Both the position numbers and the translations under genes were made by a program. This document shows positions 29,110-39,383 of a stretch of 64,000 nt of DNA, piece after piece. The stretch spans positions 822,325 through 886,324 of the forward strand of contig CAXXHW010000006.1 of NCBI GenBank assembly GCA_963666265.2, in the 5' to 3' direction. Every line of letters begins with the position of its first letter. Position 1 is the first letter of the stretch. This DNA is from Dehalococcoidia bacterium (GTDB lineage Bacteria; Chloroflexota; Dehalococcoidia; SHYB01). The notes beneath the pieces were generated by a model. That model was not told the origin of the DNA. It did no database searches and saw only the letters and a program-made list of their open reading frames with translations.

Positions 29110-30248
29110 AGATCGGACTGGTCTCCCCTTACGATTGGGCCTATCCAGGCGGTGTAACGGTGCACGTCGACCGCTTGTCAAGGGAGTTCACGAGGAAGGG
29201 CCACCAGGTAACCATCATCGCGCCGTCGTCCAAGCCTCCGGAGGAGCTGGACACCCCGAACCTGGTCGTCATCGGCAAGCCGATTCCGGTCCCTATCGCA
29301 GGCTCCTACGCCCGGGTTAGCCTCTCCTTCCACAGGACAGGGAGAGTGAAAGCCCTCCTGGAGGATGAGGAGTTCGATGTAGTACACATGCACGAGCCCT
29401 TCTTTCCGCACCTGCCGGTTACGGTCCTGCGCAACTCCAAAAGCGTCAATGTGGGGACGTTCCACGCCTACAGGCGGCGGAGCCGGGGCTATCGGTATTT
29501 CCGTCCTTTGCTAAGGCGTTGGTTCCGAAATCTGCACGGCAAGATCGCCGTATCCAAACCGGCGATGGAGCTTGTGAGCAGGTACTTCCCCGGCTACTAC
29601 AAGATCATCCCCAACGGCATCGACACAGAGCACTTCTCCGCGGCCTGCGAGCCCATCGAGCGGTTTAACGACGGGAAGCTCAACATTCTCTTTCTTGGCC
29701 GTCTTGAAAAGCGAAAGGGGCTGCCACACCTGCTGGCTGCCTACGCCCGCATCAAGTGGGAATACCCCCAGGTGCGTTTGATCGTGGTGGGACCGGGAAA
29801 GCTCGATGCAACGTCGGAGAGGATCATAGGAGAGCGGGCGCTCCAGGACGTAGAGATGGTGGGCCCGGTGTCTTATAACGATTTACCCCGGTACTACCGG
29901 GTCGCGGATATCTATTGCTCGCCCGCCACCGGCTTCGAGTCCCTGGGCATCGTTCTCCTGGAAGCCATGTCAGCGGGGAAACCCATAGTCGCCTCCGACA
30001 TCGCGGGCTACGCGACGGTAGTGGAGGACGGGGCACAGGGGCTGTTGGTCAAGCCCAAAGACGACCAGGCGCTGGCAGCCGCGCTGTTGGAGCTGATCAA
30101 CAACCCGCAACTACGCCAGCAGATGGGCGCACGGGGCCGGACTCACGCCGAGAGCTATTCCTGGCCTCGGGTTTCGGCACAGGTGCTGGACTACTACCAG
30201 GGTCTTTTGGAGGCACGGGAGCCGGGACGGATTCTTCGGGAGGAATGA
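29106..30248 (+). CDS. GT4 glycosyltransferase (PimA-like)
   Basis: MKIGLVSPY..PGGV, VHMHEP, IPNGID, GR.EKRKG, ESLGIVLLEAM. Confidence 0.9.
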   Translation: MKIGLVSPYDWAYPGGVTVHVDRLSREFTRKGHQVTIIAPSSKPPEELDTPNLVVIGKPIPVPIAGSYARVSLSFHRTGRVKALLEDEEFDVVHMHEPFFPHLPVTVLRNSKSVNVGTFHAYRRRSRGYRYFRPLLRRWFRNLHGKIAVSKPAMELVSRYFPGYYKIIPNGIDTEHFSAACEPIERFNDGKLNILFLGRLEKRKGLPHLLAAYARIKWEYPQVRLIVVGPGKLDATSERIIGERALQDVEMVGPVSYNDLPRYYRVADIYCSPATGFESLGIVLLEAMSAGKPIVASDIAGYATVVEDGAQGLLVKPKDDQALAAALLELINNPQLRQQMGARGRTHAESYSWPRVSAQVLDYYQGLLEAREPGRILREE

Positions 30249-30853
30249 TGGAGGCTCCCGTCAAGGACGGCAGGCTCTCCCGACTTCGCAGGGGCATCTC
30301 GGGGGCGTTTATCAGGCCCGTCGTACCGGTCCTGGTCGCCACGGGGTTAACGCCTAACCATGTGACGCTGATGGGACTGGCCATCGCCGGCGGAGCCGCA
30401 GCGCTGGCGGCTACCGATCACCTCATCATAGCCGGCTTGCTGGTATTGGTGGGCGGCCTCTTCGACCTCATGGACGGCGCCCTGGCCAGGGCTACCCAGC
30501 GCTCTTCCTCGCGGGGCGCTTTCCTCGACTCCATCATGGACCGGGTCTCGGAAGGGGCCATCCTTTTCGGGCTGCTGGTCCACTTTGCCCGGCAGGATGC
30601 TACCCAAGAAATACTGTTGATATTTCTTGTAGTCGCGGGCTCCTTCCTGGTGAGCTACGTCAAAGCCCGAGCAGAAGGGCTGGGGCTCTCTTGCAGCGTT
30701 GGCTTCTTCACCCGCCCGGAACGGGTGATCCTCTTAGCTATCGGGCTCCTCGCCGGCTACCTGTTAGTGCCGCTCTACCTCCTGGCGGTCCTTTCGTTCA
30801 TGACGGCGGGCCAGCGGTTTGTTCACGTTTGGATGCAGCGGGACGTTTCTTAG
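30245..30853 (+). CDS. CDP-alcohol phosphatidyltransferase (phosphatidylinositol-phosphate synthase-like)
   Basis: TPNHVT, DLMDGALAR...GAFLDSIMDR, VSYVKARAE, RPER. Confidence 0.9.
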   Translation: MMEAPVKDGRLSRLRRGISGAFIRPVVPVLVATGLTPNHVTLMGLAIAGGAAALAATDHLIIAGLLVLVGGLFDLMDGALARATQRSSSRGAFLDSIMDRVSEGAILFGLLVHFARQDATQEILLIFLVVAGSFLVSYVKARAEGLGLSCSVGFFTRPERVILLAIGLLAGYLLVPLYLLAVLSFMTAGQRFVHVWMQRDVS

Positions 30854-30901
30854 GGGGCAGTGCTTGCCCTGCTCTCGCAGCGAACACCGGAAGCAGCGCC
30901 T

Positions 30902-31590
30902 CTACAGGATCAGGGGTACGGGGTCGGTGATGGCTATCTCCTCGGCTGTAACGCGGCAACGGTAGGCATAGACCTCCACGCCGGCCCGATGGACGTCGCG
31001 AAGGACCCGAGCGAAGTCGGGTCGGCCTTGGCATGGGGAGAGAAGCCGGTGGCGTCCGCTCGCTGGATAACGAAGACCACAGCGGCCCGCGTACCCTGTC
31101 CCACGGGATGGGCCAGCTCTCCCAGGTGCCTGCGGCCTCGTTCGGTAGGGGCGTCGGGGAAGAGCGCGCGGCCGTCCTCCACCAGCGTGACCGACTTGAC
31201 CTCGATGATGCAGTCCGCGCCTTCGCCGGAGAGGAGGAGGTCCAGGCGGCTGTGGCCGTAGCGCACCTCTCGGCGGGCTGTAGTGAACTGGCTGAACGGG
31301 AGAAGGCGTCCCTCCAGGAAAGCCTCGTGCACCAGGGCGTTCGGGAGACGAGCGTCTGCCGAGACGAGCCCCTGGGGCAGCTTTACCAGCGTCAGGTCGA
31401 AAGCCGTTTTCCGGTGCTCCCCTTGTCGAGGCGCCAGAAGGACCGGCTGTCCGGGCTGGAAAAGCTCCCGCAGGCGGCCCGAGTTGGCCACGTGGGCGAG
31501 CACTTCGCCCTGCTGCAACCGTACCGTGGCAGTGAAACGGTTCGGGCGCGATACAAAGGTAGCTGGAAGAAGGTTTTCTGGAAGACGCAT
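30902..31590 (-). CDS. sfsA: Sugar fermentation stimulation protein / nuclease SfsA (frameshift near 31020)
   Basis: RPNRF, HVANSGRL.EL, SRLD, EVKSVTL, FPDAPTERG..HL; the C-terminus DFARVL...GVEVYAYRC is in another frame (one base missing at GGG 31019-31021). Confidence 0.88.
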
Positions 31591-31626
31591 CTCTAACCGC
31601 CCTGGGTTGGTGTTATCATCCGCTCC

Positions 31627-32343
31627 GTGAAGACAACCCCCGCAGCCGGAGCACGAGGCCCCAAGGTGTACGCCATGGAGGCACGGCTTCTGAAGGTGTA
31701 CCGGCTGCTCTACCACGCCTACGGCCCGCGACACTGGTGGCCGGGTGATACTCCCTTCGAGATCATCGTCGGGGCCATTCTCACGCAATCGGCGGCCTGG
31801 GGCAACGTCGAAAAGGCCATCCGCAACCTGAAAGAGGCCGGAGCCCTGTCGCCCCAGGCAATACGGCGCCTTCCCGACGACGAGCTGGCCCGCCTCGTTT
31901 TCCCATCAGGCTACTACAACGCCAAGGCCGCCAAGCTCAAGGCCTTTGTCCGGCATATGGAGCAGTACGATGATGACCTGGACCGGCTGTTCGCTCAGGA
32001 TGTCCAGCCCTTACGCCGGGAGCTCTTGGGCATCTACGGTATAGGGGAGGAGACCGCCGACTCGATCATCCTGTACGCCGCCGGGCAGCCCTCCTTTGTC
32101 ATCGACGCCTACACCCGCCGAATCGTGGCCCGCCTCGGTATCGCTCCACGCGTGAACACCTATCTCTCCTACCAGGCCCTCTTCGCAGGACACCTCGCAG
32201 CGGACGCTGACCTCTTCAACGAGTACCACGCCCTGCTGGTAGACCTTGGAAAAAGGGTCTGCCGGAAGAGACCGCTCTGCTCGGGCTGCCCCCTTTTAAA
32301 GGTGTGTCCGACCGGTCAGGAGAACCTGACGGGCGGAGGTTGA
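31627..32343 (+). CDS. Endonuclease III-domain HhH-GPD DNA glycosylase
   Basis: WWPGDTPFE..VGAILTQ, GIGEETADSI, EYHALLV, C-terminal four-Cys FeS motif. Confidence 0.9.
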   Translation: MKTTPAAGARGPKVYAMEARLLKVYRLLYHAYGPRHWWPGDTPFEIIVGAILTQSAAWGNVEKAIRNLKEAGALSPQAIRRLPDDELARLVFPSGYYNAKAAKLKAFVRHMEQYDDDLDRLFAQDVQPLRRELLGIYGIGEETADSIILYAAGQPSFVIDAYTRRIVARLGIAPRVNTYLSYQALFAGHLAADADLFNEYHALLVDLGKRVCRKRPLCSGCPLLKVCPTGQENLTGGG

Positions 32344-32362
32344 AGGCATTGGGCCTACGTCG

Positions 32363-34129
32363 CTACCAGGCGATGGCGTAAGCTGTAAAACGGGGGTCGG
32401 CAGCCCCGTGGAGCACGCCCGTATCGCGGTCTTTCAGAACGGCGCAGAGGTGGCCCGCCCTTGGCTCAAATGCGACCCACGGGTGCACCTGGTGCCCCAG
32501 CACCGCCATGGCCTTTTGCGTCTCAGCCGGAAAACGGGCCTCCATGTTGAGCCGTCCCGGGAAATAGGCGTGGGGCCAGAAGGTACCCGGAAAGCTCTCG
32601 CTGCCGACGCGCGGCTGCTCCACGGCCACCTGAGGCGACATGCCGAACTCCGTGACGTTCAGGAAGAACTGGACCATCCCCTGCGGCTGCTGGTCTCCTC
32701 CGGGGGTGCCGAAGACCATGAATAGCTCGCCGTCGCGCATGACCAGGCCCGGGTTCGGGGTTAGTCTCGGCCGCTTCCAAGGCTGCAGGGAGGAGGCGTG
32801 CTCCGGGTCCAGCCAGCTTTGAGAACCGCGACCGGAGATGATGAAGCCGAGTCCCGGCACCACCGGCACGTCGCCCATGAAATCGCTGGGGGTAACTGAG
32901 AAGCCGTTGCCTTCGGCGTCAACGACGCAGACGTAGCTTGTATCCCCCTCCTGCTCGCCGGACGATGCTTTGGGGGGGGCCAGCGTCGCTCCTACAGGCT
33001 GAGGCCCGGCTATCGCTCGTGGATCGCCGTAGGGCGGCATTTCCGGCCAGGCCTTGGCGGGATCGATCATGGGCCTACGCACCTGCGCATACTCCGCGGA
33101 GAGGAGGGAGTCCGTGGGCACAGAGACGAAGTCCGGGTCGCCATAGTAGCGGTCCCTATCGGCATAGGTGAGCTTGATCGCCTCCGCCACGTGATGCAGA
33201 TAGGCGGGGTTGTTGTGTCCCATGCCGGCGAGGTCGACCCCTTCCAGCAGCTTCAGCACCTGGGGCACCATTGGCCCCTGGCACCATGGCCCGCAGGCGT
33301 AGACATCGTAGCCTTTGTAGCTGATGGAGACCGGAGGCTCCTCGCGCACCTCGAAGTCGGCCAGGTCCTCCCGGGTCATGAGCCCGCCCTCAGAACGGTG
33401 GAACTCGGCCATCTGCCTGGCGATGTCACCCTTGTAAAAGAGGTCTCGTACTGCTCGGAGTCGGTCCTCCCTCGTCTTGCCGCTGCTGGAGGACTCGGCG
33501 GCCATGAGGGCCTTGAACGTCTTTGCCAGGTCCGGCTGCTTGATGACCTCCCCGGGGCCGGGAGCCCTGCCCAATGGGTAGAAGGTCTTCAGAGTCGACG
33601 GCCACCCGGCAACGCGCTCGTGACTGTTAGCAAGGGCGGCGGCGATTGAGGAATCGGCCGCGAAGCCCCCTTCGGCCAGCTCCAGCGCCGGCTCCGCCAC
33701 CTGGGCGAACGTGAGGCGGCCGTAACGGGATAGGGCCATCACCCAGGCGTCCAGTGCCGCCGGGGTGACGCAACGGAGGAGGCCAGGAGGTATCTCTGCG
33801 TTGCCACGCTCCTTCATGACGTCGATAGAAGCGGCCCTGGGCCAGCGCCCCAGGCCGCTGATGGTGGTGACCCGTCGGGTTTTGGCTGAATAGAGAATGA
33901 TGGGGGCAACCCCGCCCAGGTTGGTAAGGAACGGGAGCAGGACGTTGATGCAGAGCCCGGCGGCCACCCCCGCGTCGGTGGCGTTCCCGCCGGCCTGCAG
34001 TATCCGCATCCCGGCCTGGGAGGCCAGGTAGTGCCCCGAGGCGACGACGCCTCGGACCCCCATCACCGCCGGCCTGCGGGTCTGCTGCGATTCGCCGTAA
34101 AAATAGGCATTGGCCCTGCCCTGCGTCAT
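32363..34129 (-). CDS. ggt: Gamma-glutamyltransferase family protein (no signal peptide)
   Basis: GGNATDA, QPDLAKT, DRDRYYGDP, GDTSYVCVVD (Thr nucleophile), GTPGGD.QPQ, AADPR. Confidence 0.92.
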   Translation of the reverse strand: MTQGRANAYFYGESQQTRRPAVMGVRGVVASGHYLASQAGMRILQAGGNATDAGVAAGLCINVLLPFLTNLGGVAPIILYSAKTRRVTTISGLGRWPRAASIDVMKERGNAEIPPGLLRCVTPAALDAWVMALSRYGRLTFAQVAEPALELAEGGFAADSSIAAALANSHERVAGWPSTLKTFYPLGRAPGPGEVIKQPDLAKTFKALMAAESSSSGKTREDRLRAVRDLFYKGDIARQMAEFHRSEGGLMTREDLADFEVREEPPVSISYKGYDVYACGPWCQGPMVPQVLKLLEGVDLAGMGHNNPAYLHHVAEAIKLTYADRDRYYGDPDFVSVPTDSLLSAEYAQVRRPMIDPAKAWPEMPPYGDPRAIAGPQPVGATLAPPKASSGEQEGDTSYVCVVDAEGNGFSVTPSDFMGDVPVVPGLGFIISGRGSQSWLDPEHASSLQPWKRPRLTPNPGLVMRDGELFMVFGTPGGDQQPQGMVQFFLNVTEFGMSPQVAVEQPRVGSESFPGTFWPHAYFPGRLNMEARFPAETQKAMAVLGHQVHPWVAFEPRAGHLCAVLKDRDTGVLHGAADPRFTAYAIAW

Positions 34130-34298
34130 GACGTCACCCCCTACCGGATTCGCCCAGTGTACGACGGGCGTGGAGGCGCCGCAAGGACTTTCGATGCTGG
34201 CGCGCTGACCATGCTCGTGTTGCTAGCCAAACTTCGCCATCGCTATAATGGCGTTGAATTCGGCACCCTCTCCGGAGAGAAACGACAGCGTCGCCACG

Positions 34299-35060
34299 AT
34301 GATTCGACACCTTCTCCTGGATTTCGACCGTACCCTGAACGACTCGGACTATGTGTACGAGAAGAATCTGGACGGCTTTTTCGGCCTATCCGGTCAAGAG
34401 GTGCTGCAGCATTGGGAGGAGATCCACCGGAGGATTTTGGCGAAGGAGCCTCGTGAGAAGCATGAGGACCTGGACCATCACTACGAGCTCATGCTGGAGC
34501 GGTGGCGCAAGGAAGACCCGGAGACGATGAAAGAGGAGCTCAAGAAGCGCATCAGGGCAGCGCAAGAGGAGTGCTGGGACGCCACAGAGCTGTTTGAAGA
34601 GGCAATTCCTTTCCTCAACCGCGTCAAGGACGCGGGGCACACGCTGCACATCGCCACCGGCGACTACGCCAGGCAGAAGGCCGACGCCATTGAGCGTCAG
34701 GGCGGCAGAGTCTACTTTGACTGGACCTTTGACGAAGGCGTCCTGGGCGTGGGCAAGGGCAAGAGGGCCTACTTCGATCAGGCCCTCCAAAAGCTCGGCG
34801 TGGCGCCGAGGGAGGCTCTGGTTATCGGCGACAGCCTGGTCAACGACATCGGTCCGGCGACGAAGGCGGGAATTTCGGCGATCTGGGTCCGCCGAAAAGA
34901 AGAGAAGCAGAGGAAATCGGTCGAGCCGGATGTCACGGTCACCACCCTCATGGAGGCGTTGGACGTCCCGGCCCCGGTGGGACGGGACAGCGGCTGGTGG
35001 CTGTGGCGCCGCACGGCCGAGCGGGTCCCCCTCGTCCAGGTGGTCCCGGAGGACGTCTAA
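34299..35060 (+). CDS. HAD-superfamily hydrolase
   Basis: LLDFDRTL (DxDxT), VIGDSLVNDI..A..AGI. Confidence 0.88.
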   Translation: MIRHLLLDFDRTLNDSDYVYEKNLDGFFGLSGQEVLQHWEEIHRRILAKEPREKHEDLDHHYELMLERWRKEDPETMKEELKKRIRAAQEECWDATELFEEAIPFLNRVKDAGHTLHIATGDYARQKADAIERQGGRVYFDWTFDEGVLGVGKGKRAYFDQALQKLGVAPREALVIGDSLVNDIGPATKAGISAIWVRRKEEKQRKSVEPDVTVTTLMEALDVPAPVGRDSGWWLWRRTAERVPLVQVVPEDV

Positions 35061-35154
35061 CGCGGCAAAAGCTGGGCGCTCGTTCACCCATCAGGGGCGG
35101 CTCCGGTATACTAAGGCGAGATGCTGGGGAAGACCGCCCGGCCGTGGAGGCGAG

Positions 35155-36297
35155 ATGCAGCCGATATTCAAGGAAGCGCGGAGGCTGTTGGGCAAGGGAG
35201 AGCCCTTCGTCCTGGCAACGGTCGTGCGTACCAGAGGCTCGACGCCCCAGAAGCCGGGGGCCAAGCTCTTGGTCCGCAGCGACGGCAGCGCCGTTGGCAC
35301 TCTTGGCGGCGGCTGCATCGAGGCCGATGTGTGGGCGGAGGCCAAGGAGATTCTGGAGGAGAAAGGCGGGCCTCAGGTACGCAGCTTCTTTCTCAACGAA
35401 GAGATCGCCGCCAAGGACGGCCTGGTCTGCGGCGGCAACATGGATATCCTCATAGACCCGTTGGAGCAGCAGCCAGAGTCGAGCCTATTAATAGAGGAGA
35501 TACTGGCCGCTTACCAGGGTAAGGGGGATCGCGCTCTCGCAACGCTGGTGATGGGCAAGGGGAAGGTTAAAAACGGGGCCAAGCTGTTTATCAAGGCCGA
35601 CGGAACCACCGTTGGGACGCTGGGCGACGAGGCTCTGGAACAGAAGGCCGTCGAGGCCGCCCTGGAGATGATGCCCAAAGGGCGCGACCGCTGGATCGAG
35701 ACCAAGGAAGGCAAGCTCTTCGTGGAGAGCTTCACCACACCCCCGACGCTGGTGGTAGCGGGCGGCGGCCATGTGGGGAAGGCGCTCTACACCCTGGCCA
35801 AGTTCCTGGAGTTCAAGGTCATTATCGTTGACGACAGGCCCATGTACGCCAACAAGGAACGATTTCCCGAGGCGGATGCCATCGTGATAGATGAGTACGA
35901 CCGTGGGTTGCGCGGGCTGGACCTGACCCCCAACTGCCACGTCATCGTCGCGACGCGGGGCCATAAGCTTGACGACATCGCCCTCGCCGAGGCGGCGCGA
36001 TCTCGGGCGGGATACGTAGGCCTCCTGGGAAGCAAGCGCAAGGCGGTCATGATCTACCGGGACCTGATCCGGCAGGGCATCCCTCTGGAACGCATCGCCG
36101 AGATCAGGGCGCCCGTGGGCTTAGACCTGGGGGGCAGAACGCCTGAGGAGATCGCCATGAGTGTCATGGCGGAGATCCTAGCGCTGAGATATGGCGGCGG
36201 CGGCACACCCATGTCCTTGGACTCTGGAATGCTGGAAAAGGCCCAGCAGCTTGCCTCTAAGCCGCAGAGAAAGGCGCCCGTCGTCGCGGGGCTTTGA
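35155..36297 (+). CDS. XdhC/CoxI family molybdenum cofactor chaperone
   Basis: GSTPQKPGAK, GTLGGGCIE, LVCGG, GGGHV, TRGH, YVGLLGS, PVGLDLGG.TPEEIA. Confidence 0.93.
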   Translation: MQPIFKEARRLLGKGEPFVLATVVRTRGSTPQKPGAKLLVRSDGSAVGTLGGGCIEADVWAEAKEILEEKGGPQVRSFFLNEEIAAKDGLVCGGNMDILIDPLEQQPESSLLIEEILAAYQGKGDRALATLVMGKGKVKNGAKLFIKADGTTVGTLGDEALEQKAVEAALEMMPKGRDRWIETKEGKLFVESFTTPPTLVVAGGGHVGKALYTLAKFLEFKVIIVDDRPMYANKERFPEADAIVIDEYDRGLRGLDLTPNCHVIVATRGHKLDDIALAEAARSRAGYVGLLGSKRKAVMIYRDLIRQGIPLERIAEIRAPVGLDLGGRTPEEIAMSVMAEILALRYGGGGTPMSLDSGMLEKAQQLASKPQRKAPVVAGL

Positions 36298-36412
36298 GGG
36301 TCTCCGCCGCCTCAGCGCGAGTCCCGACCCCCTCCGGTCGCGAAAATCTCGCGGGCATTTTCGATTCCGTCGTTGCCCGATCGCTGAACACCGTGCGCCA
36401 CGGACGACAACT

Positions 36413-37060
36413 ATGACCGAGCGGCACACACATGAGAAAGACGGCGTCGCGGCGCTTCTGTTAGCGGCGGGAGAATCGTCCAGAATGGAGCAGCCGAAGC
36501 CCTTGCTGGAGTGGTGCGGCCTGCCGTTGCTTCAGTACCAGATCAAGCAGCTTCTTGAGACCTCCGTATCCGAGATCGTCGTCGTCCTCGGGCACAGGGC
36601 GGCTGAGCTGCTTCCACTCACGGAAGGCCTTGCGGACACCTCCAGGTTGCACCCAGTTATCAATCCGGACTACCAGCAGGGTAAGACAACCTCCATCAAA
36701 GCCGGGCTGAGGGGCCTTGCCTCAAATCCAACGGCGGTCATGCAGCTGGCGGTAGACCAGCCCCGGCCCAGCCATCTGCTCCAACAGCTAGTCGATGAGC
36801 ACCTGCACGGCGGCAGCCTGATCTCGGTGCCAAGCCATGAGGGTAAACACGGCCATCCGCCGTTGTTCGATGCCTCCCTGGTGCCCGAGCTCCTGGAAAT
36901 CGCCGAGGAGCGTCTGGGAATTCGGGAGGTGATAGAGCGGCACCGGGACGCTCTTCGGGACGTGCCCATGGCGTCGGCCATCGTGCTGACCAACCTCAAT
37001 ACACCGGAGGATTATCGCCGCGCCAAGGAGCTCTTCGAGCAACCGCCCCCAGAGCGCTGA
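36413..37060 (+). CDS. Molybdenum cofactor cytidylyltransferase (MocA-like)
   Basis: LLAAGESSRM..PKPLL, NPDY..G..TSI, DQP, GHPPLF, NLNTPEDY; follows xdhC. Confidence 0.88.
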   Translation: MTERHTHEKDGVAALLLAAGESSRMEQPKPLLEWCGLPLLQYQIKQLLETSVSEIVVVLGHRAAELLPLTEGLADTSRLHPVINPDYQQGKTTSIKAGLRGLASNPTAVMQLAVDQPRPSHLLQQLVDEHLHGGSLISVPSHEGKHGHPPLFDASLVPELLEIAEERLGIREVIERHRDALRDVPMASAIVLTNLNTPEDYRRAKELFEQPPPER

Positions 37061-37127
37061 ACGGCCCTGTCCGTTGTGCGTGACGGCAGGCGGCTGATAC
37101 ACTGGACATGGACGGAGGAGGTGCCGG

Positions 37128-37379
37128 GTGCGGCTGGCGCGGAGTTTGTTCAGGGGTATCGTAGACACCTTCGTTGGGCTCGGCTGGTTCGCCGGCACCG
37201 TGCTCTTCGCCGCCCTCGCCATCGGCCTGGTTGTCGGGAGCACGGTCCTGGTTAAGGTCATATTTCCATCCATCCCGGGCTATGGCGTGATGCTCGTCCT
37301 GCTCGTGTCCTTTTTCGCGGTCACCTTCTTGGCTGTATGGCTGGGATGGCGGTTCCTGTTGCGGAGGCTCGACATGTAG
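37128..37379 (+). CDS. Small two-helix membrane protein
   Basis: GGAGGAGG RBS; two hydrophobic segments. Confidence 0.65.
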   Translation: MRLARSLFRGIVDTFVGLGWFAGTVLFAALAIGLVVGSTVLVKVIFPSIPGYGVMLVLLVSFFAVTFLAVWLGWRFLLRRLDM

Positions 37380-37401
37380 TCCTGCGCCAGGCCCGACGTC
37401 A

Positions 37402-37430
37402 TTGACGAATCCTATGCGCCATATTAAAGT
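37402..37430 (+). promoter_or_regulatory. Sigma70-type promoter for the sulfite reductase gene
   Basis: TTGACG-17 nt-TAAAGT. Confidence 0.55.
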
Positions 37431-37493
37431 TATGAATCGGTACCCTAGCCATAGCAGGTGATTTTTTGGTACGGCACGAACCACTAGTGAGGT

Positions 37494-39293
37494 ATGGAAA
37501 GCATGACCACCGCCAAAGAGGCCAAAAAGGCCAAAGGCGTTATACCGACGCTGCCGGAAGAGCTGGATTACTTTGAAAGCGGAGTGAAGCGGTTTCAGGG
37601 TGGCGACATTCCCGAGGCTGACTTCGTCGGCTTTCGTTTGAAGCAAGGGGTATATGGCCAGCGCCAGGCTGACGTTCAGATGATCCGAGTCAAGATCCCT
37701 TTCGGCGGGCTTACGGCGGACCAGATGGAGGCCATGGGGCAAACAGCGGAAACGTACACCCCGTTGAAAAAGGGACACATCACGACCCGAGAGAACATGC
37801 AGTTTCACCATGTACCGCTGGCAGAGACCCCTGAGTTTCTCCGGGTCCTTGGCGACGTTGGGCTATCGACCCGCGAGGCCTGCGGAAACACTATGCGAAA
37901 CGTCGTCGGGTGCCCCAAGGCCGGCTGCTGCTCCGGAGAGACCTTCGACCCCACACCCTATGCCGGGGCCTATGCCCGCTACTTTGTGCGTCACCCCGTT
38001 ACGCAGCTGATGCCGCGAAAGGTCAAGAGCGCGTTCTCAGGCTGCGAAGACGACTGCGCAATGACCGCCATCCATGACTTCGGGTTCATCTCCAAGATCC
38101 AGGAGGTCGACGGCGTTCCCAGGAAGGGTTTCAAGGTGGTGGTCGGCGGCGGCACCTCAATCATGCCTCGCATTGCCCCCACGCTCTATGACTTTGTGCC
38201 GGTTGAAGAGTTCCTGAAGGTCGTCGAAGCGGCGCTCCGTGTCTTCAACCGTTCCGATATAGAGCGGAAGAACCGGATGAAGGCCAGGATCAAGTTCATG
38301 GTGAACCGCCTGGGCATCGATGAGTTTCGAAAGCTGGTGGAGGAGGAGCTCAAGGAGCCGTGGGCCCAGCAGGAGATCGACCCCACGCCGCTGCTGTTCG
38401 AGGACGACGAGTTGGCCGAGGCCCCACCGGTCTCGTCTAACGGCCACGCCGCCTCCAACGGCCACCATTCCCCGGAGTTCGAGCGATGGGCCTCCACCAA
38501 CACCGTGCCGCAGAAGCAGCCGGGCTATCGGATGCTTTACGTGACGGTCCCCCAGGGAGACCTCAGCCCGGCGCAGTTCGCCGGCCTGGCGGAGATCGCC
38601 AGGAAGCATGCCGGGGGCAGGGTGCGCACCACGCAGCAGCAGGACCTGATCTTGAGGTGGGTGCCCGAAACGGCGGTCTTCAAGGTCTGGGAGGAGCTGC
38701 AGGCGCTGGGCCTGGTCGAGCCCGGTTACAACGAGATCACGGATGTCACCTCTTGCCCTGGCACCGATAGCTGCAAGCTGGGGATTACCTCCTCGATGGG
38801 ACTCGGAAATTCCATGCGGGATACTCTGCTGGACATGAAGATCGACGACCCCGAGATCCGCAAGATGCACGTGAAGATCAGCGGCTGCCCCAACGGCTGC
38901 GGCCTGCATCACGTCGCCAACGTCGGCTTCCACGGGGCGGCGATCAAGGGCGCCGGCGGCCAGCAGGTCCCAGCCTATGAGGTATACCTCGGCGGCAACA
39001 CCGACGGTGACCGAGAGGCCATTCGTATCGGCGAGCGCGTCTCAGGCCGGGTCCCTGCCAAGAGAGCGCCAGCGTTTCTGAAGGAACTCCTGGCCTTCTA
39101 CACCGCCGAGCGGCGTGAGGGGGAGGCCTTCAACCGCTTCGTCGACCGTGTCGGCGTCAAGAGCTTCGAGCCTATCCTGGCCAAGTACAAGGAAGTGGGC
39201 GCGCTCAACAAAGAGACGATTGACACCTACATGGACTGGGGGAAGACCATTCCTTATAAGCTGGAGCGCGGCGAGGGTGAGTGCGCCGTGTAG
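37494..39293 (+). CDS. Ferredoxin-dependent siroheme sulfite/nitrite reductase (probably assimilatory sulfite reductase)
   Basis: GVYGQRQ, HITTRE, ACGNTMRN, PRKVK, CPGTDSCKLG and SGCPNGCG siroheme/4Fe-4S motifs, C-terminal GEGECA. Confidence 0.92.
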   Translation: MESMTTAKEAKKAKGVIPTLPEELDYFESGVKRFQGGDIPEADFVGFRLKQGVYGQRQADVQMIRVKIPFGGLTADQMEAMGQTAETYTPLKKGHITTRENMQFHHVPLAETPEFLRVLGDVGLSTREACGNTMRNVVGCPKAGCCSGETFDPTPYAGAYARYFVRHPVTQLMPRKVKSAFSGCEDDCAMTAIHDFGFISKIQEVDGVPRKGFKVVVGGGTSIMPRIAPTLYDFVPVEEFLKVVEAALRVFNRSDIERKNRMKARIKFMVNRLGIDEFRKLVEEELKEPWAQQEIDPTPLLFEDDELAEAPPVSSNGHAASNGHHSPEFERWASTNTVPQKQPGYRMLYVTVPQGDLSPAQFAGLAEIARKHAGGRVRTTQQQDLILRWVPETAVFKVWEELQALGLVEPGYNEITDVTSCPGTDSCKLGITSSMGLGNSMRDTLLDMKIDDPEIRKMHVKISGCPNGCGLHHVANVGFHGAAIKGAGGQQVPAYEVYLGGNTDGDREAIRIGERVSGRVPAKRAPAFLKELLAFYTAERREGEAFNRFVDRVGVKSFEPILAKYKEVGALNKETIDTYMDWGKTIPYKLERGEGECAV

Positions 39294-39327
39294 GGGCGTT
39301 GCATACAGCGCTCATTACGGAAGACGC

Positions 39328-39361
39328 AAAAGAGGCGGGCTGCTGGCCCGCCTCTTTCTTT
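39328..39361. terminator. Intrinsic (likely bidirectional) terminator
   Basis: AAAGAGGCGGGC-TGCTG-GCCCGCCTCTTT between convergent genes. Confidence 0.85.
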
Positions 39362-39383
39362 ATCTACTAGGGCGGAGGGCCTA

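Noticed and set aside
29915-30244. N-terminal extension of the CDP-alcohol phosphotransferase
   Set aside because: Overlaps the GT4 gene; the ATGA coupling at 30245-30248 is the plausible start
31019-31021. Programmed frameshift in sfsA
   Set aside because: One missing base in a short G/C run with no slippery heptamer; error or mutation is more parsimonious
34594-35154. N-terminal extension making XdhC 567 aa
   Set aside because: Overlaps the HAD gene out of frame and is Arg/Ser-rich; a good RBS precedes ATG 35155
37432-37461. uORF MNRYPSHSR upstream of the sulfite reductase as a second Cys attenuator
   Set aside because: No Cys codons and no convincing terminator hairpin
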